Shown one piece after another: positions 1 through 12,009 of a DNA stretch of 64,000 nt; position 1 is the first letter of the stretch, and each line of letters starts with the position of its first letter. Made by a program: the position numbers and the translations under genes. The notes beneath the pieces are model-generated. The model did not search any database. It had not been told where the DNA came from and was given only the letters and a program-made list of their open reading frames with translations. This DNA comes from Octopus bimaculoides. Its lineage: Eukaryota. The stretch covers positions 23,217,994-23,281,993 of the forward strand of contig NC_068985.1 of assembly GCF_001194135.2 (NCBI RefSeq). Reading direction: 5' to 3'.

Positions 1-216
1 GGGTTGGCAAGCTGGCAGAAATGTTAGCACACTGGGTGAAATGCTTAGCGGTATTTCATCTGTCTTTATATTCTGAGTTCAAATTCCGCCAAGGTCGACT
101 TTGCCTTTCATCCTTTCGGAGTCTATAAATTAGGTACCAGTTGTGTACTGGGTTCGATCTAATCAACTGGCTCCTCCCCAAAAATTTTTGGCCTTGTGTC
201 TAGAGTAGAAAAGAAT
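1..216 (+). mobile_element. tRNA-derived SINE, family A (AGCTGGCAGAA...GAGTTCAAATTCC head), 5' end at window edge
   Basis: Pol III B-box-like GAGTTCAAATTCC followed by GTCGACTTTGCCTTTCATCCTTTC...AAGTACCAG; the same sequence recurs many times in the window. Confidence 0.8.
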
Positions 217-231
217 TATGGTAATGTTTTA

Positions 232-613
232 TCTTTTACTTGTTTCAGTCATTAGACCGTAGCCACTGTGGGGCACCACCTTGAACTTATAGTTGAGTGA
301 ATGAATCAACCCCAGTACTTATTTTTTCTTTGCCTTTCATCCTGGTACTTATGCAATCAGCCTCTATTGCCAAACTGCTAAGTCAAAGGGACATAAACAG
401 ACCAACACCAATTATCAATCAGCAGTGAGAGACAAACACAAAGACACACACATATATATACATATATGACAGGCTTCTTTCAGTTTCCATCTACCAAATT
501 CACTCACAAGGCTTTGGTTAGGCTAGAAGACACTTGTCCAAGGTGCCACACAGTGGAACTGAACTCAGAACCATATAGTTGGGAAGCAAACTTCTTACCA
601 CACAGCCATGCCT
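232..613 (-). mobile_element. tRNA-derived SINE, family B (GGCTGTGTGGTAAG head, central CA/TA microsatellite)
   Basis: Reverse strand reads GCATGGCTGTGTGGTAAGAAGTTTGCTTCCC...GAGTTCAGTTCC; near-identical copies at 28440 and 62915. Confidence 0.8.
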
Positions 614-980
614 GTTGATGATTTAATTTATGTGGTGATTTAAGTATTAAAAAATTAAGTATGGAAAGTAATTTTATGAAAATAATTTAACCAAATAATT
701 AATGTGTGAAAATTTAAATGTGAATGTTTTCACAACTCAAAGAAGTATTTCATAAGAAAATTTTCTCAAAATATTCTCCAAGAATATTTACCAGTCAATA
801 AAGAGGTAATCTATAACTTGTCAAAGTATTCTGTTTAAAAGATTTCATAATTGAATAGTGTGTCTACAAGAGAAGCTTTAAATGAGAGGGATATTAATAA
901 GGATATATACATTAAAACAAATTTTCTTGGGTTGGGAAACACCTATTGAATATCAGTCCATAACAAATAATTTGGTGTAT

Positions 981-1110
981 GTGTGTGTGTGCACGCGGAC
1001 ATGCGTGCGAGTGTGTGTGTGCACGCGGACATGCGTGCGAGTGTGTGTGTGCACGCGGACATGCGTGCGAGTGTGTGTGTGCACGCGGACATCCGTGCGA
1101 GTGTGTGTGT
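981..1110. repeat. 30-bp minisatellite, 4 units plus a partial unit
   Basis: GTGTGTGTGTGCACGCGGACATGCGTGCGA starts at 981, 1011, 1041 and 1071 (one substitution in the last unit). Confidence 0.95.
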
Positions 1111-1394
1111 GTAAGCAAATGAAATGAAAAGTGTTGAAAAATTAAGGATTTTACTCTCCACCAGTTGTATTCAGTATTTATATACTGTGGGTGCTCATGC
1201 ATTTATATTTGTATATTTACACATATTGTTCTATGCTGAAATGGATTTGATAGTTCTGCAAATTTAAATATTCACATGAAATGTTGAATCATAGTTATTC
1301 TAATGACAGATTCTTTACCACAGACTGAACTGGGTCTATTTTAAGCTGAACTGACTAAGAGGCAATAAATACCCCTTGCTTTTAGAGTGCAGAT

Positions 1395-1899
1395 CAATAG
1401 TAATAGCAGAGTAGTAGTGGCAATGGTCGTGGTAGCATTAGAGTAGTAGCAACGGAGGTGGTGGTAGTAGTATATAGAAGTAATGTTATTGACAGTAGTA
1501 ATGATGGTGGTGGTGATGTAGTAGAGTAGTATATAGTAGTGGTGTCAGTAGTAGTATAGTAGAAGCAACAGTAGTAGTGGCAGTAATAGTACAGTAGTAC
1601 TGGCAGCGTTGTAGTGGTAGTGGCCAAAGTGTTTGTAGTAGTACTGTAGTAGCACCAATAGTGGTTATAGAATAGTTATAGTGGTAGTAGTGTAATAGAA
1701 GTGGTGATGGTAGCTAGAGTATAGTGGTGTAACAGTAAAGTTGTGGTGGTGGTGGTAATAGTATGGCGGTGATGATAATAGTGTGGCGGTGATGGTAGTA
1801 GTAGTAGTGGTTGTGGTGGTGGTGGTGGTGGTAGTAGTAGTGGTTGTGGTGGTGGTAGTAGTAGTGGTGGTGGTGGTGGTAGTGGTTGTTGTGGTGGTG

Positions 1900-1931
<32 letters not shown>

Positions 1932-2000
1932 GGTAGTGGTGGTGGTGGTGGTGGTGGTAGTAGTAGTAGTAGCAGCAGCAGCAGTTATGGTGGTAAACTT
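1395..2000. repeat. (GTA/GTG)n trinucleotide simple repeat, degenerate on the left and pure on the right
   Basis: Seen directly; explains the poly-Val ORF 1783-2031. Confidence 0.95.
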
Positions 2001-2169
2001 TATGATTTGGATCTTGGCTCTAACAATTTAACCCTTCATCCCATCATATCATCCTACGTCTAACATCTTAACCATTCATCTACCACACTCGTGCATTACA
2101 GTTGATATTTCGATTCAAATGCTGAATAAAAAGTTTGAATGAAAATTCTACAATTCAGGAAGCTGAATG

Positions 2170-3070
2170 ACAGAAGAGAGGAAGCCAATCGGCGTGAAAT
2201 CGATTATGTGCCAGATAGAAATACTTTGCGGTATTTGGTAGAAGTCTTTTTACGTCAGGGTTCAAATACAGCCAGCTGTGGTCAATTTTGGTTTTCATCC
2301 TTTCGTAGTCAATAAATAAAGTACCAGTCAAGTACTAGAGTCGATGATATCAACTATGCCGCACCCACTACCTCAAATTTGTGGCCTTATGCCAAAATTT
2401 AGAACCATTCTACCGATGTCGACTTCGTTTTTCATACTTTTGAACATTGGGATCGATGTAAAAGACTGGCCCACTTCCCGCAAAATTTCAGGCCTTGTGC
2501 CTATATCAGACAGAATTATTATCATTATTTGAGGATGACAGAATCGGTAGAGCGTTGAATATGATAATGTCTTCAGTATTTTGTTAGGTCGTTTTATGTT
2601 TAGTTCAAAGCTTGCCAGAGTCTATAATAATTCATAAGCCGTTAAAAATAGGTACCAGTCGGGTTAAACAACTGTGATCTCTTAAAAATGTCAGGTCAGA
2701 TGCTAATGTTTGAAATACTTTGTTTTAAAAAGCAAGGAAATGAGAGCCCCAATCAAATACAAGAACCTATTAGGCCTATATTTGTTAAACTCTTCTGCAT
2801 AAACCCAAAGCTTTGTGCATTATGTAAGAAATCCTTCATTTTTAAAGGGTAGTTGGACGGCAGATTCTGGACAGGCGCCGGACAAAATGTTTTAATAGTA
2901 TCTACTTAAATCCTTTATATTCTGAGTTCAAATCTAGTCGGTGTTAACTTTGTCTTTTTTTACTTTTTTACCCCTCACTAAATAAATACCAGTCAAATGC
3001 TGGAGTCAATTGGATTGACACTCCACCTACAAAACTTGTGGCTTTTTGCTAAAGTTAGAAATCAGTTACT
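2170..3070 (+). mobile_element. Cluster of degenerate family A SINE copies
   Basis: Repeated ...GTTCAAAT...TTTCATCCTTTC...GTACCAGTC...GGCCTT(G/A)TGCC motifs at about 2200-2390, 2400-2510, 2540-2710 and 2850-3060. Confidence 0.6.
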
Positions 3071-3413
3071 GTTTTTAGAAGTATGTATTCTAAAACAAAA
3101 GTGAGATTCTTTAGTCATTAGATAAATTAAAGTACTGTATAGCCAATTGGCAAAACAAGTTTTCTATATCAAAGCATAATTTCTACAACATACGAATTCA
3201 ACATTAAAACCAAATGTAATAAGATAAAGTAGGAAGAAACTGAATAACTGTGATCTGGATCTTTATTGGAGTCTTCCTTCAACTTCCATTTCAAATTTGA
3301 TTCAACATTTCTATGAGAAAACGTTTTCATAACTCGTTGAGAGTATTACCAATAACTATATGGTCTTTGAATGTTAGTATAACAAAGTAATACAAATGTT
3401 TATTAGTGTCCGA

Positions 3414-3477
3414 TTATGAATGAATAAAAAGACTCAGAATGCACACTGCAAGAAAGCTCCAGTAGAATATTCGATAG
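3414..3477 (-). CDS. Candidate last exon of a divergent microprotein gene (S-YRIFYWSFLAVCILSLFIHS*)
   Basis: Acceptor TTGAATTTTACAG at 3478, a hydrophobic 20-codon frame, TAA at 3416-3414, and AATAAA at 3404-3399 on the minus strand. Confidence 0.45.
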
Positions 3478-6162
3478 CTGTAAAATTCAATATTATACAC
3501 AGTCTCACACAAAAAATTTATGTTGGTACCAATTTCAGTTCGGAGATGTGTACAAAAATTAACTCATACATACAAGTAACTCGTTTACAACCATTACATA
3601 ACGAAGAGTAAGAGATTATATTTCACTAAAACAGTCAGCGAGGGTTAGTTTCTGGGAAAAGAAATGGGCGCAATATAAGCGCTTTGCAACAAGGACTCGA
3701 TTTATAAGAATGAAAAGAAATAAATATATAAACATATATACGGACAAACTTACATGCCTCGAATATTTTAATATATTTACTGTTGTATTTGCCTATGTTA
3801 TAAGACATTTTAGGGACAACGAAGTTTGTGTCCGTCTTGATTATTAGACCCAACGTATATTCGTTGATCTACACTTTTTTTAATACATACACGACTTGTC
3901 TTATCATTATTATCATCACTACCATTTCATCAACATCACCATTTTGATAATGCTAATGACAGATTGACAACAATGACAATTCATAAAACGCCCCTCTCAG
4001 ATTTGTGTGAATGAATAACAAGAGAGCACAGTAAAATACTACATCGTTACATGTAGGGCTTTTTATTGTTTTCGTTTTCGTGAGCTGTAACTACGTTTGG
4101 TATTGAGGTAATGTGTGTAAATAACAGCATACCGTTATACGATGTGTACGCATCATAAGATAACTATCTCTCCCAATATAATGTTTTTCTTTAATTCTCA
4201 CAAGGGTGCAAGACAGGAATGTATTGTAGTACAAATGCAATAAATTGAGAAATGGTCAAAGAACACATTAAAATGGGGTGGGTGGGGTGACATATGCACA
4301 TAATATGTGCGCGCGTGATTGTGTATCTGTGGATGTGTGTAATTAATCACATTCATCCATAGATATTGACATTACAGCGCTGTGTGAATATATGTATAAC
4401 TAAGTCACTGTCATTTTGTGTACACCTTTTACAGTGTACGTGCGTATATGTGTGAGCACTTGTGTATAGTTAAAATTATTGGTATCACCTAACATGTGTA
4501 TAATAATGCTGGCGTCAATAGTATAGTTCGAAATCAATGATGCTAAAATTGATGGCAGTTGTATAGCAGGAATTCTATCCAATAGATAAAGTCTAAGATG
4601 GCACGCTGATAAACAGGCACAATTGAACTAACAGTTAAGAAAACAAGATTAACAATCGGAAAGGAATTCTTTTGTAGAGTAATCATTAACATTTTTAATC
4701 AGGATTGAATGCATGATTTGAAACCAAGAGATAAATAAGAAGTTATACAAAACGATTTCATTATTATTAGGAACATTTAAACATTTCAAGACTGAGATAT
4801 ATTATATGAAGTGGTTTGACGATTTTCAGTTAAAACACAAACAGAAATATTTCTATTTAACAGAGTAGACGGCAATTAGGTAACCTTATCCTTAATCTTA
4901 TTAACCAAGTTTAATTTTTAGATATGCACCAAAGATGGTGCTTTTATCGAGAGATGATATGGTTCTTTTTTTTCTTTTTTTTACACCGTAACGTACACAC
5001 AAACTGGGCTTGTGTTTATGTGAGTACATATATGGGAGATCAATGATGCATAACCTACAACTTCCTTCACTTGTTAATTAATAGAATAAGAGCTATTCAT
5101 TTGCTTCAAGCTTTCAAGTGGGAACTGGTTGCCACATATGCCTGTGCATGTTACGATATATATTGAGAAACGAATTATTTATGCACGTACACATATACAT
5201 ATTGATCATTAGTTGATTTGTCAAATGAAAAGTAACTTTCTCTTTCGCCATCAACTGATATCAAGTGCAGATACTAGTGCGTAAAACAACGGTTTAATCA
5301 ATTCTACATATTGCATTAATTACAAATAAATGATTTGGAGTAATTCTGAATAAATCAATGGTGATGGGTTCTGTCACAATTCACTTGACATTCAACTAGT
5401 CACCATCACCACCCGCAGCTTTCATTTTCGAATGGTAGCTTATATACGGAGCATCATCGTAATCATCATAGCAACGAGACAGCAATAGCATAAATGAAAC
5501 AAACAGTAATCTAAAATTATCATCGCACTACAATTTCATTTCCATTTTGTTGTTATGAGAGGCCGATGCTAAGATTAGATTGCACCTGTTTACGCTAGGT
5601 TCTGAAACTATAGACTTGTGATATATAACGTAAACAACAGCTTTTAATAATAGTTACGCCTGTTGGGTTATATACATAAGATGTTCTCATTCGGAAAAGT
5701 GAATAAAAGTATCATAAATAAAATTATAATTTATATTCTAAATAGACGTTTAACTATAGATATAGTCACTGAAAAAAAAAAGAAAAATACAAAAAAAAAT
5801 AGTACATGCATTGCGATTAGATACAGAATGATCGGAAAGCTGTTCTGAAGTACGTGCCCAAGTAGTTAGAATTGTCAGATTTGAGTAAATGTAGACTGAC
5901 ATTAATCATTTGATCGTTATAATAACGACAAGAAAACTCATTCATAACAAATTAAATTCATCAAGTATAATTAATTCTGACAGAGAATGTAAACAAGAAA
6001 AATAAAAACAAGATATTTGAATTAAATTTGTGTATTTAAAAACTAAAGTTACATGACTCGAAATATATGAAAAGTATCTTAATCGTTGAACATATGGTAA
6101 CTAAACATGAAAAACGTTCGAGGATGCTATAAATAAGCGAAACTATACATAACATAACATAC

Positions 6163-6203
6163 CTGTAAGATGGAATCCTGGGACGATGAGCCAACTGCAC
6201 CAT
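6163..6203 (-). CDS. Candidate first coding exon of a divergent microprotein gene (MVQLAHRPRIPSY-S; in-frame ATGs also at 6215 and 6221)
   Basis: Strong donor CAG|GTATGT at 6163/6162; phase 2 matches the acceptor at 3477; lies head-to-head with RRP7A. Confidence 0.45.
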
Positions 6204-6326
6204 GCAACGGTACATGTCCATCTTACGGCTTGTTCTGATACTTGGCTTTCGTTTACCTTGAAACATAGCAGAACACCGGAAATTCAGATGTCGATTTCAC
6301 AACCAACACTTCCGTTAGCGACAAAC
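6204..6326. promoter_or_regulatory. Probable bidirectional, TATA-less promoter / 5' UTR region
   Basis: CpG-retaining segment between the two opposed ATGs; ETS-like CCGGAAAT at 6276-6283 (+) and ACTTCCG at 6308-6314 (CGGAAGT on -). Confidence 0.55.
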
Positions 6327-6357
6327 ATGGCGAAGCACAACGTGCTTGGTTTCAACG
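6327..6357 (+). CDS. RRP7A: RRP7A exon 1 (MAKHNVLGFN + phase 1)
   Basis: ACAAACATGG start context; donor G|GTAACG at 6358; LGF matches the N-terminal LGY/F of RRP7 proteins; phase fits exon 2. Confidence 0.85.
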
Positions 6358-7744
6358 GTAACGTTAATTTTGCCAAATTTCTATTTTTTTAATTGTTTCA
6401 AGTAACCTCATCATGCTTATTTTATATTTCAGTAACCGATTATAACGTATGAAAACTGCTTTGAGGTTTCAAACGTATTTCTTTCCATTGTTTTGTTTTT
6501 AAAAGTTTCGATCTTGTTTGCCATCAGATTTCTCTCTTAAAAATCTCAGTTAATATAGAAATGTGATTATTTTGAAACTGTTATCGTTATATTAAATGTG
6601 TAGAAATTATTAATTTTGTGATTTATTGATTCAGATTTTTTTGAAAAATAAAACTTTGAAGTATAAAGATTGTTATTCTCAAGTACATTTGCATCTTGTT
6701 CACAAACACGTGTTAAATTTATTTTATATGTTGCAGTTCTAAGCTTTCTCGTTATTTTCCCACTTGTTTTCACACACCAGTCATTACACTTCTCTGTGAT
6801 TATTTGGTTTTGTATATTTTTTACCATGAGTCGGTAAGGAGACTTTTGAGTAGTCACTGGACTGGTTAACAACATTGTTGCTTGACTTGTTACCATAGTT
6901 CGCCTTTGGAAATGATTTCAGCAATTTGTAATGAGAAGGATTTTTAATAGATTGACTGTCTGTAATCATAATTGTGGATTAACCCCATGTTGGTATTTGA
7001 ACTGTGATTTTTTTTTTTCTGTCTCTCCAAGGATTCTGTAAGTTAAGGGTTAGCAACAAATGTATGAAATTTAGTGTAGCACTTCCACAAAAGCATTAAC
7101 CAAAATGTACAAAAGTAGACATGATGCAAAAAGATAGAGTGAAAAGTAAAAGTGTTTTATGCTACTGACGTAGAAGAGAAAGAAGTAGTGAAGTCAGATA
7201 TCATAATGTTGGTCTGGATGACAAGCGATCAAGATGATTGGTGATAAACTATAGCATCTATCCAACCTATGTCAGCATAGAGAAATAGCTGTTATTTCAA
7301 GCATGTCAAGTGACTGTATAGAAGCTCATTGGCTCATCTGTGATCATGAGAAAAGCTAATGGTAGATAGATTGCTTAAGAGTGAGATACTATGCTGTGTA
7401 TTTTCAAAGATCAGTGTGTATCTCTGTAAGGGGAGAGAGAGTGAAATGATTGGTGAAGGAAGGGGACTAGCTCTGGAATACATTATCTTTGAGGAACCAG
7501 TTTGAAAATTAGTTTTAAAATATTAAGTTTAGAATTCTATGATTATTCTCGGCTTTCTATTTCAGGAATAGGTCGGGATAATCAGCAAAATCAGATATTA
7601 TACATTCCTGAAGCTTCCAAACATTAAGAGTGTGCATGTGTGTATATATATTTCATGTTGTCACTATTATTGTGCTAAAATGTGTCATAACTCATGCAAT
7701 CAATATATTTGTGTTAGATTTTTTTTATATTTTTGTACTTGCAG

Positions 7745-7884
7745 TCGTTCGTGTTAAAATAACAGAAGACACTGAAGTTATTCGACATCTTTTTATTAAA
7801 CCTCATTCTACAAGAGACGCAGATCCCCAACGACCAAAAAACAGAACCTTGTTTGTCATCAATATTCCTCCATATGTGAATAAA
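7745..7884 (+). CDS. RRP7A: RRP7A exon 2
   Basis: TTTTTGTACTTGCAG acceptor and GTAGGT donor; encodes HLFIKPH...RTLFVINIPPY, matching the RRP7 N-terminal RRM-like motif RTLFVLNVPPY. Confidence 0.95.
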
Positions 7885-8269
7885 GTAGGTCTTTATTAGA
7901 ATATTTCAGATGTTTAGCAGAAATGTAGTTTAAATGTAATGAATCACAAACCATACACCAGACCCATTGTTAAAATTGTCCATAATGCATAATACACCAA
8001 ACCTACTCAACAAGAATACTCAAATGCTAAAGACCCTGCACATATGTATAAATTTACAGTTCCTATTTACTCCTATATATATATTGATGTCACTTCTCAG
8101 ATGGCTCTGGGGTTACCTGATTTTTTTTACTATCAGTTTGGTTTTTATCATGTATACCTGTAATCTCTACTCCTGACTGCAATGAGAACTAGATCATCAG
8201 CATATAAAAGTTCCCATTGTCAACTAATCTTGATATCTTGCATATAGTTTTAAGAGCCATAATGAATAA

Positions 8270-8529
8270 AAAGTGACTTGTTCTCAACCAGGGTCTATAT
8301 GACCCTTGGAGGTTCATATGAGATTTTGTTAAAATTTATGTGCAAAATAAGTCAGTTATATTTCTACATTACACAAAAACATTTTCACATTTTTTTAATA
8401 CAATTCCTAATATTATTTAATTTTAGAAATACAAGAGGATTTTTAAAAACTCTAATGGCTATGGGATTCCACCTGAGTGAAATAGGTATTAAAAGGGTCC
8501 ATAGGAAAAAAATGGTTGCAAACCACTGA
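8270..8529. mobile_element. Degenerate hAT-type MITE
   Basis: Left ...GTTCTCAACC and right GGTTGCAAACCACTG resemble CAGTGGTTCTCAACC termini; left end decayed and no clean TSD. Confidence 0.45.
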
Positions 8530-8677
8530 TCCTAGTAGACACTTATCTGTACACTAAATGTTTAACTGAACTTGTTGTTGGCTATACTGCACAAATAATA
8601 CATCTCAACCTATTTCTTCAAACATCCACCAGTCTACAGTTTGGAGGACTGTGTCATAGACACTGAGTGGTTTGCTC

Positions 8678-8955
8678 TTCATCATCATCATCGTTTAATG
8701 TCTGCTTTCCATGCTAGCATGGGTTGGACGATTTGACTGAGGACTGGTGGAACCCGAAGGCTACACCAGGCTCCAATCTGATTTGGCAGAGTTTCTACAG
8801 CTGGATGCCCTTCCTAACGCCAACCACTCAGAGAGTGTAGTGGGTGCTTTTACGTGTCACCCGCACGAAGGCCAGTCAGGCAGTACTGGCAACGGCCACG
8901 CTCAAAATGGTGTATTTTATGTGCCACCCGCACGAGAGCCAGTCCAGGGGCACTG
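8678..8955 (-). mobile_element. RTE LINE 3' end (5'-truncated)
   Basis: Reverse of ...CCAACCCATGCTAGCATGGAAAGCAGACATTAAACGATGATGATG, the tail also found on the RT-bearing copy at 13121-14990. Confidence 0.85.
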
Positions 8956-9094
8956 AAGAAATTTACTTACAATGCCTTCAATATAGAGATATAGCTTTTG
9001 TTGGTCTTTGTCCTGACATAAACCAAAACTGTTTTATCCATGCTAATAAGAACTGTAAGAAATCAGTATTATAGCTGTATTGTATTATTTAATG

Positions 9095-9463
9095 TGGAGG
9101 CACAATGGCCCAGTGGTTAGGGCAGCGGACTCGCAGTCATAGGATCGCGGTTTCGATTCCCAGACCGGGCGTTGTGAGTGTTTATTGAGCGAAAACACCT
9201 AAAGCTCCACGAGGCTCTGGCAGGGGATGGTGGTGAATCCTGCTGTACACTTTCACCACAACTTTCTCTTACTTCCTGTTTCTGTTGTGCCTGTAATTCA
9301 AAGGGTCAGCCTTGTCACACTGTGTCACGCTGAATATCCCTGAGAACTACGTTAAGGGTACACGTGTTTGTGGAGTGCTCAGCCACTTGCACGTTAATTT
9401 CACGAGCAGGCTGTTCCGTTCATCGGATCAACTGGAACCCTCAACGTCGTAAGCGACGGAGTG
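9095..9463 (+). mobile_element. tRNA-derived SINE, family C, full length and young
   Basis: A-box TGGCCCAGTGG and B-box GGTTTCGATTCCC; near-identical inverted copy at 27001-27371. Confidence 0.85.
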
Positions 9464-10185
9464 TATTATTTAATGCTGATAGTGAGGAAACATGAGTAAG
9501 ATGTAGTTCCCTAACCTGTCTTGGACAGCAGGAACTAAAAATAAGAACTGACTCAGTTTATGATTACATATCCAGCCCACATCTGCTATGAGGATGATGA
9601 GTGATATAGTATAAACTGCACATATACCAGGATTATATCAGTTTCAAAAATCGATGCATGTTAAGTATAGACATTAACTATCATCGATTTTATTGAATAT
9701 AATTACAGATAGTGGTATTTTACACCAAATTATCACAAAATGATGTACAATTGAATATAGTTACAAATAGTAATAATTTACACCAAAATATCACAAAATG
9801 ATGTATGCTCACATCACCTTTTATACGTATACCATTTGTATCTGCACTTTACACTTATTTAAATGTAAGCATCTGTTTGTTATTCAGTCTTAAGTTAACC
9901 TTTAATATCAATATAAATATATGCATATAATGTTTTTGCTAAGATGGGTGGTTTTTGTTAATAACGATTGCTGTTTTGCCTAAATTCCATTCCTAATCAT
10001 AATTACTGGTGGTAAACTGAGTTATGTACCTACCTCAAAGGCACCACACAATTGCTATTGTCCACTTTGAACTCCCATCTATTGTATTTCATGTGTGTGT
10101 GCTGTGTATGTAAATATGGAGAGAAAAGCAAGAAATGTGCCACCATCAAGTTCTTAAACTGATTTACTTTATTTTCTTCTTTTAG

Positions 10186-10311
10186 AAATGCTTGGAGAAC
10201 TTTTTCTTAAAATGTGGTAAAATAGAAAATATTTTCTTGTGCAACAAACCAACAACTGATCCAGTTTCTGTGGAGGTATCAAAATACATACCAAATACAG
10301 AGCCTTTAATG
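10186..10311 (+). CDS. RRP7A: RRP7A exon 3
   Basis: TTTTCTTCTTTTAG acceptor and GTATGG donor; KCLENFFLKCGKIENIFL aligns with the RRP7A segment ESLSRLLSTCGLVQSVEL; 126 nt, phase 0/0. Confidence 0.9.
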
Positions 10312-10959
10312 GTATGGCTAATTTGTTTATATTATTATCTATATAGAATAAGAAATGACTGTACGCTTATTTCAGTGCCTCTCTTTACATTTCGGTTCAT
10401 CACTATAGAGAAATTCTTTTATCTCTCAACTATGATTTTAACGTATCTCAGTTTTAAAGGTGCTTATCTATAACATTTGAGGTTTTCTTCAAAGTGTGTT
10501 GTGTCAGTGCTTTGATTTCTTTTATAGGAAGAGAAATATGTATGTGTATATATATATATATATATATATCATCCTCATCATCATTTGATATCCATTTTCC
10601 ATGCTGGTATGGGTGGACACTTGACAGGATCCATGTATACATAAGACAGATGCATGTGTATGTCTGTACTCACACGTGTGTGCATGTGCACACTCCACAT
10701 ATGTGCTACAGAGGATACACCATATTTAGTTTTAGTGAAGTTTTTTCTCCAAAAGTACTTAACAAATATTCACATGTCTCTATAAACTTCTACACTAGCA
10801 AAGTCATGAAATGTAATTTTCAGAAGGAAGCTGATTAGTTTCCGAGAAGAGAATAACTTCCTTAGTGGCACCAACACAGATTCAGTTCACAAAGGTGTTG
10901 CCTCACACAGCTCCTACAGCATTATGGCTAGGCACTAAAACAGTAACTCAGTCATTCAA

Positions 10960-12000
10960 ATATAGATCTGATATCTCTTGAATTTGCAAAGGCCTTTGTT
11001 AAAGTCAGTCATGAGATGATGTATCACACACTTAGTAACGTCAGCATACTTGGAAAACTAGGGGTGCAGTTGAATGACATGTTAAAAGGTAGGGGTCAAA
11101 TAGTTGCAGCCATTGGTGCTCTTAGATCAATTCTAAGCAGAGCCTCTTAGGAAACTATTGGAAACACTGCCGTTTGTAGTGGCTCTTTCATCATACAGTT
11201 AACAAATCTCACCAGCTATGCTAATGATATAAAATTATCACAGACAGTCAAGAAATCTATTGATGATGCAGAATGACATAAAACCTGAATGCAGTATACA
11301 AATGGGCTGAAGAAAGCAAGACATAGTTCACTACTGAAAAATTTCAAGTATTCTGCTACCATCACACAAACAGATCGCAGCTAGAACATATAAGACCAGA
11401 AGGTATTGCAGTCTTGAAGTCACAATCAATACATTATCACGGAATTGATGTTAGTAATGATACATCATTCTGTGTGCTTATTACTAAGATAGCAACAATG
11501 TGCAAGCAACAGGATGGTTGGATTCTGAGATCATTCAGAACAAAGCATAAAAGGAAACCATGATGGCCCTCTGAAGAGTATTTGTTTTTCAGTTTCCTGG
11601 TCTAAAGCTTCCAAATATGATTGCCTCATTGCCACAGATAAACTATTGAGAGACATTAAAAGAACTGAGGCTGTACTCCCTGGAACAAAGACATGAAAGA
11701 TATGAAGTGATATGTATATATATAAAAAGATCCTGGTGGGGTCTGGTACCAAATATCCCACCCTCTCCATCTAGAATAAGAACCTGAAACTATAACAGCT
11801 TAGGGTTCGAAGGCCCACAACTTTTCAATATCCTGCCAAAAAAACTTATAAATCTGCAAAGCATAAATATGGATGTATTTAAAAAACACTTTGACAAATT
11901 TTATCTGGGATCCTAGACAAACCTACATCAAAGCAAGAAATACAAGTGAGGACAGTGATATCCAGTTCTATCAGTCATCAAAACCAACTATAGAGTGAGG
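10960..12000 (+). mobile_element. Decayed CR1-clade LINE 3' fragment
   Basis: Broken frames give LEFAKAFVKVSH (RT LDFxKAFDxVxH), SYANDIK (YADD motif) and LGFEGPQLFNILPK...FKKHFDKF, a CR1-type C-terminus. Confidence 0.65.
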
Positions 12001-12009
12001 GCTGCAAAC

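Noticed and set aside
981-1110. 30-bp repeats as a CRISPR array
   Set aside because: Units are contiguous with no unique spacers, the context is eukaryotic, and there are no cas genes
882-2031. ORFs 882-1127, 912-1202, 943-1161, 1394-1627 and the poly-Val ORF 1783-2031
   Set aside because: These are translations of a minisatellite and trinucleotide repeats; no splice or homology support
3635-4610. Minus-strand ORFs 3635-3853 and 4400-4582 as extra exons of the divergent gene
   Set aside because: The first has a good donor but an A-rich acceptor; the second would add a stop in the required phase; neither resembles a known protein
6186-6326. In-frame upstream ATG giving a 47-aa N-terminal extension of RRP7A
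   Set aside because: RRP7 homology starts right after Met 6327, and the extension overlaps the promoter and the opposite-strand exon
6567-6896. 109-aa minus-strand ORF in RRP7A intron 1
   Set aside because: AT-rich, no recognisable domain or splice support; at most a decayed retroelement remnant
9095-9170. tRNA genes at SINE heads (also 12668, 27300, 60858, 63250)
   Set aside because: A/B boxes are present but no complete cloverleaf, and each continues into a dispersed repeat body
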